NCBI RefSeq assembly: GCF_963921235.1 | Contig: NC_086097.1 | Coordinates: forward strand, 31,560,001-31,624,000 | DNA: 64,000 nucleotides | Source of the DNA: Mobula hypostoma | Lineage: Eukaryota | Direction of reading: 5' to 3' | In this document: piece by piece, positions 53,639 through 64,000 of the stretch | How positions within the stretch are numbered: the first letter of the stretch is position 1 | Layout: the number at the start of each line of letters is the position of its first letter | Program-made: the position numbers and the translations under genes | The notes under the pieces: model-generated | What the model was told of the DNA's origin: nothing | The model's database searches: none | Seen by the model: the letters and a program-made list of their open reading frames with translations, nothing else

Positions 53639-54858
53639 CTGCAGTAAGGAGGGAGAATGTTGAGTCACATCATGCCAAATTTACTTACTTATTCAACCCC
53701 AGAAGGTCATTCAGCCCCTCGAGTCCATGCTAACTCCTAGCAGAGCAATCCCAGCAATTCTATTCCTCCAGTCCTTGTTTAACCCTGCAACCTTTTCCAC
53801 CCTCGTGTCCATAAACTCCCTTGACTCTTCTGTCACTTTCCCACATTAGGGATAATCCATGGTGAGAAGATAGAAGCACAGTACAGGAACAGGCCCTTTG
53901 GCCCACAATGTCTGGACTAAACAAGAAAGCAAATTAAATCTCTTCCCCCGTACGTGATTGATATCCATCCAATCCATGGATACTTATACGTCTAACAGCT
54001 TCTCAAACACCACTGCCGTATCTGCTTCCACCACTACCCCAGTAGTGTGTTTACCACACTCTCTGCAAAAAAAAACTCACTCCACCCCACATATCTCCTT
54101 AAGACTTTTCCCATCTCATCCTGCTGCACGTCTGGAATGCACATCCACATATGCCCATCAACACAGTGCGTGGTCAGCAGCAGATGCATAGAATAGGCCC
54201 CTTGGCCCAGGATGTTGTGCTGACCCTTTAACTTACTCCAAGATCAATCTAACCCTTCCCTCCCATAGTGTCCTCCGTGTTTCTTTCATCCACGTGCCTA
54301 TCCAAGAGTCTCTTAAATACCCCCAGTGTATTTACCTCTATTACTACCCCTGGCAGGGTGTTCCACACATCCATCACTCTGTGTAAAAAAAATTCTCTAA
54401 CATCTAAGTGTGTAATAATAAATGTGATCCTGATGTCTAATAACTGGAGTAAGGAGAGAGACTGCACATAATGTTCACCATTAAGGACCCTCACCATGTG
54501 GGACATGCCCTCTTACCATTTACTACCATCAGTGAGGAGGTACAGAAGCATATGATCCACGATCAACAATTCAGGAACTTCTTCCCCTTCACCACCAGAT
54601 TTCTGAATGGTCCTTGAACCCATGAACTCTACCTCATTATTCCTTTTCTTCTACACTATTTAATTCGGTAATTAATGGTAATTTTATATCTTTACTCTGT
54701 ACTGCTGCTGCAAAATAAAATCTGATAAATAAATAAATCTGTTATGTTAAACCCTGTCCAAGTTAAACCATCCCTGTCTTTACTTGAGTACGTTGCCATT
54801 CACCTTTGCTGTACATTCCCCCCACCCCCAACAAAGAATAACCACCCTTAGGCTTTAC

Positions 54859-54900
54859 CTCTTCAGTATATTCCTTAGGCAAGGGGACACCGGCTGTCAC
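54859..54900 (-). CDS. MTHFD1: MTHFD1 small coding exon (VTAGVPLPKEYTEE)
   Basis: 42 bp, TTTTCTGCAG| and |GTAAAG, in frame with both neighbours. Confidence 0.93.
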
Positions 54901-56318
54901 CTGCAGAAAAAATACAAAGTAGTATTAAAATTCTATTTTCAAATATATTGAGCAGGAAAGATGGGAAATGGTTGAGGTAGATACAATTGCAATACTTAAA
55001 AGACATTTGTTCAGGTTTATGATTAAGAGAGTTTAGAGGGATACTTATGGGCCAAACTCAGGTAAATGGACTTATCTTGCATGTCTCCTTTAAATTTTAA
55101 ACCCATGCCCTCTGGTATTTGACATTTTCACCCAGGAGGAAGACTATTGATCCCATTCATGCCTCTCATAACTTTATAAATAGATGTTGAATGAGCCCGA
55201 GTAAGAATTGCAGCCACTGGTTTCGACTAACAGGTTTCCTGCTCGGACAGGGCTGACACTTCACTGAAATCACTTTTGCACCAAACAGTGACAGCTTGGA
55301 GACTACCAGACTTGCCATGCATGGCTTTGTTACTGTCCTGTCTAAATCAGGGCTCAGGAGTCCAATAAACTGTCTTATGAGGATAGGCTGAGTGAACTAG
55401 GGCTTTTCTCTTTGCAGCAAAGGAGGATGAGAGGTGAGTTGATAATGGTATAAGATAATGAAGGGGGATAATTTAAAGTTGATTGGAGGAAAGTATAGGA
55501 AGGGAGTATCTTTTTTTTTTAAAAACACAGTGAGTGGTAGGTGCGTGGAACGTGATGCCATGGGTGGTGGTAGAGGATACTTTAGGGATACCTCAGAGGC
55601 TCTCAGTATCATGGATGAAAGAAAAACGGAAGGGATTCCATTTTGATCTTGAGTAGGTTAAAGGATTCTCGTGCCAACACAGCATGCCCACAACTTACTG
55701 ACCAGTATGTCTTTAGAATGTGGGAGGAAACTGCAGCACCTGGAGGAAACCCATGCGGTCACAACAAGAACATACAAACAGCAGTGGGAATTGAACCCAG
55801 GGCACTGGCGCTGTTAAGATTTATACTAATTGCTACGCTACCAAGCTGTCCATTTGGAACGAGCTGCAGTAAATAGTGGTCAAAGTGGACGTAGGAGCAA
55901 TATCAACAATTAACTTTATTTGCAACACGTACATCAAAACATACAGTGAAATGCTTAGTTTTGTCAAAAACCAACACAGCCAAGGATGTGCTGGGGGCAC
56001 CCGCAAGTGTCACCATGCTTCTGGCACCTACATAGCATGCCCACAACTTACAAGCCCTCACCCGTATGTCTTTAGAACATGAGAGGAAATTAGAGCAGGC
56101 GGAGAAAACCTGCACAGTCACAGGGAAAATGTACAAACTCCTTACAGACAGCGATGGGAATTGAACCCCAACTGCTGATACTGTAAAGCTTTATGCCAAC
56201 CACACTGTTGATGTGGCAAAAACTGCACTGCCCTGCAGGAGTCTGTGTGCAGCATGCAGCCTCTCCCACTCATTTCCTGTTTGCTTTCAGAGTTTTGCTG
56301 GAGTGTAGCTCTCCATTA

Positions 56319-56606
<288 letters not shown>

Positions 56607-58676
56607 CTAGCAACCCAGGCTCATTTCCCACTGCTGTCTGCAAGGAGTTTGTACGTTTGCCCCCTGACAGTGTGGGTTTCCTCTGGATGCTTCCCTGTCT
56701 TCCCACGTTCCAAAGTTGAACAGATTAGTAGGTTAATTGGTCACACAGGTGTAAATGGGTGATGTGAAATCATTGGGTCAGAAGGGCCTGTTACTGTACT
56801 GTATCTCTAATTAAAATCTTTGATAGCCCGATATCCAACAATTCGGAAGTTCTGAATGAGCAGTATTTGCTTCATTAGGTGGTGTCTGCGCTCTCCCTCT
56901 ACCTGCACCCCAATTCTCACATTTTCTGCCCAGCCCCATACAACATGACAACTCACTCACTTTTAACTTACTCAGTTTACTAAGACGGGTGATACAAGAG
57001 ACAGCAGATTCTGGAACTACAGCAACACACAAGACTCTCAGTGAGTCAGGCAACATCTGTGGTGGGGATGGAGGGAAATGGACAGTTGATGTTTTGTGCC
57101 AATACAAGAGACTGTAGATGCTGCCCGACCCACTGAGGGCTTCCAGCATCTTGTGTGTCACTCCGTGTCACTGAAGTGAAATTCACTTGTTTGAAATGTC
57201 TTTTACAGAAATTAATTAGAAGTATATTGGAATAAGAATAACTTTCCATGATCCTAGACAGAACCCACTAGACCAGCACAGTGCTCCATATTAATTTTAT
57301 TCTTTTTGAGGATGCTGCCTGAAGGAAGCAACATCACCACCATCTGGGCCATGCCATCTTCTCACAGCTAATACTGTGCAGGACATACAGAAGCCTGAAG
57401 TCCCACATCACTACTCAGGAACAGCTACTTTCCTTCAGTCACTCAGTTCCAGAACCAATTGATACTACAACTAATCACTACCTCAGAATAGCAACACTTT
57501 GTGGATCTTGTGTTTTAATTTTGTTTTAATTGCATTCTTTCTTGTAAGAATTACATATAGTTAATGTTTAATTCTATTTTTCTTGTGAATGCTGCTCATC
57601 TTATGCCATGTGCCTGTGATGTTGCTGTACTCAAATCATTCACTGACACAGACTGTACATTCCAACCCCCCACCCCCAGTGCTGCTTGACCTCCTGAGTT
57701 CCTCCAGCAGCTTGTCTTTTGTCCTTGAATCCACATCTGCAGTCTCCTATGTTGCCATCTGGCACTATCGCTCTGTTAACTGTTGGCCGAGAGACCTGCA
57801 CATTCTTGCTGGGACTCTTAAAAAATTGCTTTTTGTCAGATGTACATGGATATACACCATTTACATCATGACCAACACAGTTCTAGGATATGCTGGGCAG
57901 GCCGCAAGTGCCGCCATTCTTCTGGGGCCAACATAGCATACACAAAACTTACTAACACTAACCTGTACCTCTTTGGAACGTGGAAAGAGACCCAACACAG
58001 TTACAGGAAGTACGTACAAGTTCCTTACATGAATTGAACCGGGGCCGCTGGCACTGTAATTGTGTTATGCTAACTGCTACACTGCAAAGTGGTCAGCGTT
58101 GTTATACTAAGACGGTGATTGAAGTTGTGCAGGTTGGTTCAAGAACCGAGTGGTGTAAGGAAAGTTGCTGTTCTTGAACCAGGTAATACAGAGAGGGATA
58201 GGTATCAAATGTGACTAGGAGAGAGGAATGAAATAGAGAGCACAGACTTCCACCCACCTCTGCTTGTTGAGACCCAGTAGGTTCATTGTTCCCCATGGCA
58301 GGAGAGAGCTGATGGGGGGGGGGGGGTGCCAGGCATGTTATCCTTTAATTCAAGTGAGGAAATCTGAACATTTTTACTATTATCTCCAGTAACTATCATT
58401 TTAAAAATAACTTCTTAGCAGTAGTTTTAATAGTTTTTGTGTTGGTAATGTTCAAAAAGAACATTCAATGGACAGCTGGTAAATCTGGAGTCTGGGCATC
58501 GTTTGTCACAAGAGGTAACATCCATGGTTCCACATTGAGCAGCTCTGTGCCAAGCTGGGCTGCAAGTGAGAGTGGAATTCAAGGAGCTATCAGCAAACTT
58601 GTCTAGTGGAAGGTTCTGCCCAAGTCCAGTATTCAAAAGTATCAAAGTGTGAAAGCAAACAGGTTCCATAACTCAC

Positions 58677-58788
58677 CTACAAAGCCACTGGGCCCAACCA
58701 GCTTTAATGCTATTTTGTCTGCCAGAACTGAGGAGTTTCCATGTGCAATGTTGGCGAAAGGTCCTGCGTGGACAAACACTGGAGTCCC
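58677..58788 (-). CDS. MTHFD1: MTHFD1 coding exon ([20 protein letters not shown]...GPSGFV)
   Basis: 112 bp, CAG| and |GTGAGT; contains the FTHFS signature GPFANIAHG. Confidence 0.97.
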
Positions 58789-59126
58789 CTGTTAACAACA
58801 CAAAGATCCATCAGTCCTCATTTCACAACCTTCTTTGCATGTCACCCATAAATAAGTGCGTAGAGGTAATTCAAGATAAAATAACAGGATATAGAATACA
58901 ATGTTAGTTACAGAGTCAGACAACTGAGTACAAGGTCATAATGAGGAAGATTGAGAAATCAAGAATCTATCTTATCATGCCAAGGGACTGTTCAATAATG
59001 TTATCTTTTTTTTTTACAGTCAGAGAGATGCTAAAGAGAAAAGATTGGGTTTATTCGTCACATGTATATAGTGAAATGCAGTCTGTGTCAGATCAAATTT
59101 GCAAGGACTGTGCTGAGCAGCCACGC

Positions 59127-61193
59127 AAAAGAATAAATCAAGGAAGGTAGTGCACCTGTGGCTGACAAGGGAAATTAGGGATAGTATCAATTCCAAAGAA
59201 GCAGCATACAAATTAGCCAGAAAAAGTGGCACACCTGAGGACTGGGAGAAATTCAGAGTTCAGCAGAGGAGGACAAAGGACTTAATTAGGAAGGGGAAAA
59301 AAGATTATGAGAGAAAACTGGCAGGGAACATAAAAACTGACTGTAAAAGCTTTTATAGATATGTGAAAAGAAAAAGATTGGTTAAGACAAATGTAGGTCC
59401 CCTACAGACAGAAACAGGTGAATTGATTATGGGGAGCAAGGACATGGCAGACCAATTGAATAATTACTTTGGTTCTGTCTTCACGAAGGAGGACATAAAT
59501 AATCTTCCGGAAATAGTAGGGGACAGAGGGTCCAGTGAGATGGAGGAACTGAGGGAAATACATGTTAGTAGGGAAGTGGTGTTAGGTAAATTGAAGGGAT
59601 TAAAGGCGGATAAATCCCCAGGGCCAGATGGTCTGCATCCCAGAGTGCTTAAGGAAGTAGCCCAAGAAATAGTGGATGCATTAGTGATAATTTTTCAAAA
59701 CTCTTCAGACTCTGGACTAGTTCCTGAGGATTGGAGGGTGGCTAATGTAACCCCACTTTTTAAAAAAGGAGGGCGAGAGAAACCAGGGAATTATAGACCG
59801 GTTAGCCTGACATCAGTGTTGGGGAAACTGCTGGAGTCAGTTATCAAAGATGTGATAACATCACGTTTGGAAAGCAGTGAAATCATCGGACAAAATCAGC
59901 ATGGATTTGTGAAAGGAAAATCATGTCTGACGAATCTCATAGAATTTTTTGAGGATGTAACTAGTAGAGTGGATAGGGGAGAACCAGTGGATGTGGTATA
60001 TTTGGATTTTCAAAAGGCTTTTGACAAGGTCCCACACAGGAGATTAGTGTGCAAACTTAAAGCACACGGTATTGGGGGTAAGGTATTGATGTGGATAGAG
60101 TGTTGGTTGGCAGACAGGAAGCAAAGAGTGGGAATAAACGGGACCTTTTCAGAATGGCAGGCAGTGACTAGTGGGGTACCGCAAGGCTCAGTGCTGGGAC
60201 CCCAGTTGTTTACAATATATATTAATGACTTGGATGAGGTAATTAAATGCAGCATCTCCAAGTTTGCGGATGACACGAAGCTGGGCAGCAGTGTTAGCTG
60301 TGAGGAGGATGCTAAGAGGATGCAGGGTGACTTGGATAGGTTAGGTGAGTGGGCAAATTCATGGCAGATGCAATTTAATGTGGATAAATGTGAAGTTATC
60401 CACTTTGGTGGCAAAAACAGGAAAACAGATTATTATCTGAATGGTGGCCAATTAGGAGAAGGGGAGGTGCAATGAGACCTGGGTGTCATTATACACCAGT
60501 CATTGAAAGTGGGCATGCAGGTACAGCAGGCGGTGAAAAAGGCGAATGGTATGCTGGCATTTATAGCAAGAGGATTCGAGTACAGGAGCAGGGAGGTACT
60601 ACTGCAGTTGTACAAGGCCTTGGTGAGACCACACCTGGAGTATTGTGTGCAGTTTTGGTCCCCTAATCTGAGGAAAGACATCCTTGCCATAGAGGGAGTA
60701 CAAAGAAGGTTCACCAGATTGATTCCTGGGATGGCAGGACTTTCATATGATGAAAGACTGGATGAACTAGGCTTATACTCGTTGGAATTTAGAAGATTGA
60801 GGGGGGATCTGATTGAAACATATAAAATCCTAAAGGGATTGGACAGGCTAGATGCAGGAAGATTGTTCCTGATGTTGGGGAAGTCCAGAACGAGGGGTCA
60901 CAGTTTGAGGATAAAGGGGAAGCCTTTTAGGACCGAGATTAGGAAAAACTTCTTCACACAGAGAGTGGTGAATCTGTGGAATTCTCAGCCACAGGAAACA
61001 GTTGAGGTCAGTTCATTGGCTATATTTAAGAGGGAGTTAGATATGGCCCTTGTGGCTAAAGGGATCAGGGGGTTTGGAGGGAAGGCTGGTGCAGGGTTCT
61101 GAGTTGGATGATCAGCCATGATCATACTGAATGACGGTGCAGGCTCGAAGGGCGGAATGGCTTACTCCTGCACCTATTTTCTATGTTTCTATG
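59127..61193 (+). mobile_element. Young 5'-truncated CR1 LINE (ORF2 RT region, one premature stop), inserted in a SINE-like repeat
   Basis: [40 protein letters not shown] and KFADD motifs; TGA at 60473-60475; 3' tail (TTTCTATG)n. Confidence 0.95.
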
Positions 61194-61915
61194 CTTCTGG
61201 CACCAACATGACATGCCAACAACTCACTAACCCTATCTGTATGTTTTTGGAATGCGAGAGGAAACTGACCGCTCAGAGGAAACCTATGCAGTCACAGGGA
61301 GAACATACAAACTCCTTACAGACAGTGATAGGAATTGAACCCCAATCTTACAGCTGGTGCTGTAAAACATTACATTAATTCCTGTGGTACCACACCACCC
61401 TTTCTTGAACTGTTCTTGAGCCTGTGCTTCTAGGTTTTTGTATCTTCTGCCTGAGGGGAGGGCAAGAAAGAGAGAATGTCCGGGGTGGTGGGGTCTTTGA
61501 TAATATCTTTGCTTTGTACTCGTCACTGTATTTATTATTACCATACCATTCATACTCTGAGCTTCATCCAAGCAAGGAACTTCATCACACTCTGGTGTAT
61601 ACAACATGAACCCATCTGAATGCGGATACAGTGAGGGGAAGACAATGGGCAGCCAATACAACAGAGTTGAGGAGCGAGACAAATCGTTACCAAGGCTGTC
61701 CACATCCTAGACATCAAATAAATGATATTTCACCTTGATCCAAGGTGAACATTTGCTTTTTTCACCCATCCTTTTCAAATTTTCCATTTAATAACAGCAA
61801 GCCTGGGAACATAGAGGCATACAGATTCCAGAGTTTTAATGAAAAGTCTGTCTTCCCTCTGTTGTAAAAATGGAAGCAGATTTAGTAAGAGAAACACATA
61901 TGAAGCATCACAAAC

Positions 61916-61984
61916 CTCCAATGTCTGCATGAGGTTGGGTTTAATGGCGTCTTTCATTAGCACAGCAAGGGCTCCACTGATGCC
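61916..61984 (-). CDS. MTHFD1: MTHFD1 coding exon (GISGALAVLMKDAIKPNLMQTLE)
   Basis: 69 bp, AG/GT boundaries, phase 0/0, conserved FTHFS motif. Confidence 0.96.
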
Positions 61985-62499
61985 CTAGAGAGAGAGAGGC
62001 AAATCACACCTTAGTTTTCCCTTTGGTACAAAGTAAACTCGGGTTACTTTCAACAACACACACAAACTGTTGGAGGAACTCAGCAGGGCAGGCAGCATCT
62101 ATGGATAGATATAAACAGTTGATGTTTTGGGCCAAGACCCTTCATCAGGATCCCAGGTATGAAAGGGTTAATGTATGAACAGTGTTTGACAGCTCTAGGG
62201 CCTGTACTCGCTGGAGTTTTGAAGAATGAGGGGGAGATTGAAACCTATTGCATATTGAAAGGACTAGAGTGGATGTAGAGAGCATATTTCCTATGGTGAG
62301 CGAGTCGAGGACCAGAGGGCACAGTGCCAGAATACAAGGACATCCCTTTGAAACAGATGAAAAGGAATTTCTTTAGCCAAGGGATGGTGAATCTGTGGAA
62401 TTCATTGCCACAGGTGGTTGTGGGAACCAAGTCACTGGGTATACTTAAAAAGTGTATGCCTGAGATTTGAGCTCGATATGGCTTTAATCCTGCACTAAT

Positions 62500-63026
62500 C
62501 CCTATACATGAGGTAACTAATAAAGTGGCCACTGAGTTTGTTTGTGGTCTTCTGCCTTTGTAGCCCATTCACGTCAAGGTTCAATGTTTTGTGTTTTCAG
62601 TGATAGTCTTTTGCACACCACTGTTGTAATGCGTGGATTTTTGAGTTACTGTCAGCTTGAACCAATCTGGCCATTCTTGTCTGACCTTGCTCACGAACAA
62701 GGTGTTTTTGGCCACAGAATTGCCACTTACTGGATGTCTTGTTTTTTGCACCATTCATTGCAAACTCTAGAGACTGTTGTGCTTGAAAATCCCAGGAAAT
62801 CAGCAGTTTCTGAGATACTTAAACCACCCCATCCGGAACAATCAATCCATGGTCTAATTCACTTAGATCACATTTCATCCCTATTCTGATGTTTGGTTTG
62901 AACAACAACTAAACCTCTTGACCATGTCTGCATGCTTTTATGCAATGAGTTGCTGCCACATGATTGGTGATTAGCTATTTGCATTAATGAGCAGCTGTAC
63001 CTAATAAAGATGCCGCTGAGTGTATA
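62500..63026. mobile_element. Tc1/mariner-derived non-autonomous remnant
   Basis: Two copies of TAATAAAG(T/A)(G/T)GCC(A/G)CTGAGT; the right one ends ...CTGAGTGTA like a Tc1 TIR plus TA. No clear left TIR. Confidence 0.5.
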
Positions 63027-63512
63027 CTTTTGATTCACAAATAAAATAAAATCAGTTAGGACATAGAATAGTACAGCACAGGAAGAGGCCCTTCAGCCCA
63101 CAATCTCTGCTCTGAACACTAAACTAAATCTCTTTTGCCAGCACATGATCCATATCCTTCCATTCCCTGACTATTCCTATTTCTGACAGCCTCTTAAAGA
63201 GCAGTACCACATCTGCTTCCACTAGCACTGCTGGCAGCCTGTTCTAGCCACACACCACTCTCTATAAAAACTTGCCCATACACTTCCTTTACAGTTTCCC
63301 CTTCTCACTTAAATGCATGTCCTCTAGTGTTTGACATTTCAAACGTGGGGAAATATTTTGGCTGTCTCTTTGTTCCATTTGTTCCCAAGACAGCATGTGA
63401 GAGTTGGTTGTGTAAAAAACTGCACATGATTCAATGCTCCTCGTAGCATTTTACTGTATGTAACATGCTGTGAGCCCTCAGTAGTTCTGGGGGCACTGAA
63501 TTCTAGGCTTAC

Positions 63513-63653
63513 CAAATCGTCCGTGGTGACTGGTTCTCCTTTCTTACTGGAAGCAACAACCATATTTCCCAACCGTTCCCGCATGTCCTTTAATCCATCT
63601 GTCAGTGCCAATACAGCCATGATCTCGCTTGCCACTGTAATGTCAAACTGCGC
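63513..63653 (-). CDS. MTHFD1: MTHFD1 coding exon ([17 protein letters not shown]...GEPVTTDDL)
   Basis: 141 bp, TTTTAG| and |GTAAG boundaries; matches the recalled formyl-THF synthetase domain of C1-THF synthase. Upstream exons lie beyond the window. Confidence 0.96.
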
Positions 63654-64000
63654 CTAAAAGGTGGAACACACAAACATTGTCATCCCCGAATCCTTCAGAC
63701 TTATCACAAGCTGCTGAATTCAAATCCACCGTCCCTTGGCTGTTACATATACATGGAGCGAGAATGATAACGGAGTAGTGTGATTACACATTTTTACTGA
63801 GTCAACAGTGCATTCTGGGCGACAAACCAGGCCTGCCGAGACAAAAACATACACACTTGAAACCCTGTGAACAGAGAGAGACATGCCCAAGTGTAGGAAG
63901 CCCAATCAATACGCTGCGTGTGCACCCGTCACATTCTTGCAATCGATCTGATACGATTCACCCCACCCCTTCTTCAGTTCAGACAAGTTCCTCAGTCACA

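Overview
Vertebrate nuclear DNA, rich in repeats and with long introns. The repeat mix (CR1 LINEs, Penelope-like elements, V-domain/HE1-type SINEs, Rex1/Babar-like LINEs) suggests a cartilaginous fish, probably a ray (inference). Two host genes lie on the minus strand. (1) The 3' part of MTHFD1: ten coding exons from 63653 to 35944 splice in frame to 377 aa of the formyl-THF synthetase domain, with an intron just after the stop codon. (2) A single-coding-exon AKAP5-like gene (2298-427) with two WSK motifs and a PKA-RII helix, placed downstream of MTHFD1 as in mammals. The rest is mostly transposon debris. Notable items: a circularly permuted ~180-bp fragment of a CYHR1/ZFTRAF1 coding region in an MTHFD1 intron; Penelope elements in inverted configuration with minimal hammerhead-ribozyme motifs; a 2.4-kb minisatellite expanded inside a SINE; two near-identical CR1 copies with the same premature stop; two hAT MITEs with 8-bp TSDs; and a solo LTR. 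All identifications come from reading the sequence and recalling protein motifs; no database searches were run, and repeat boundaries are approximate unless a TSD is given.
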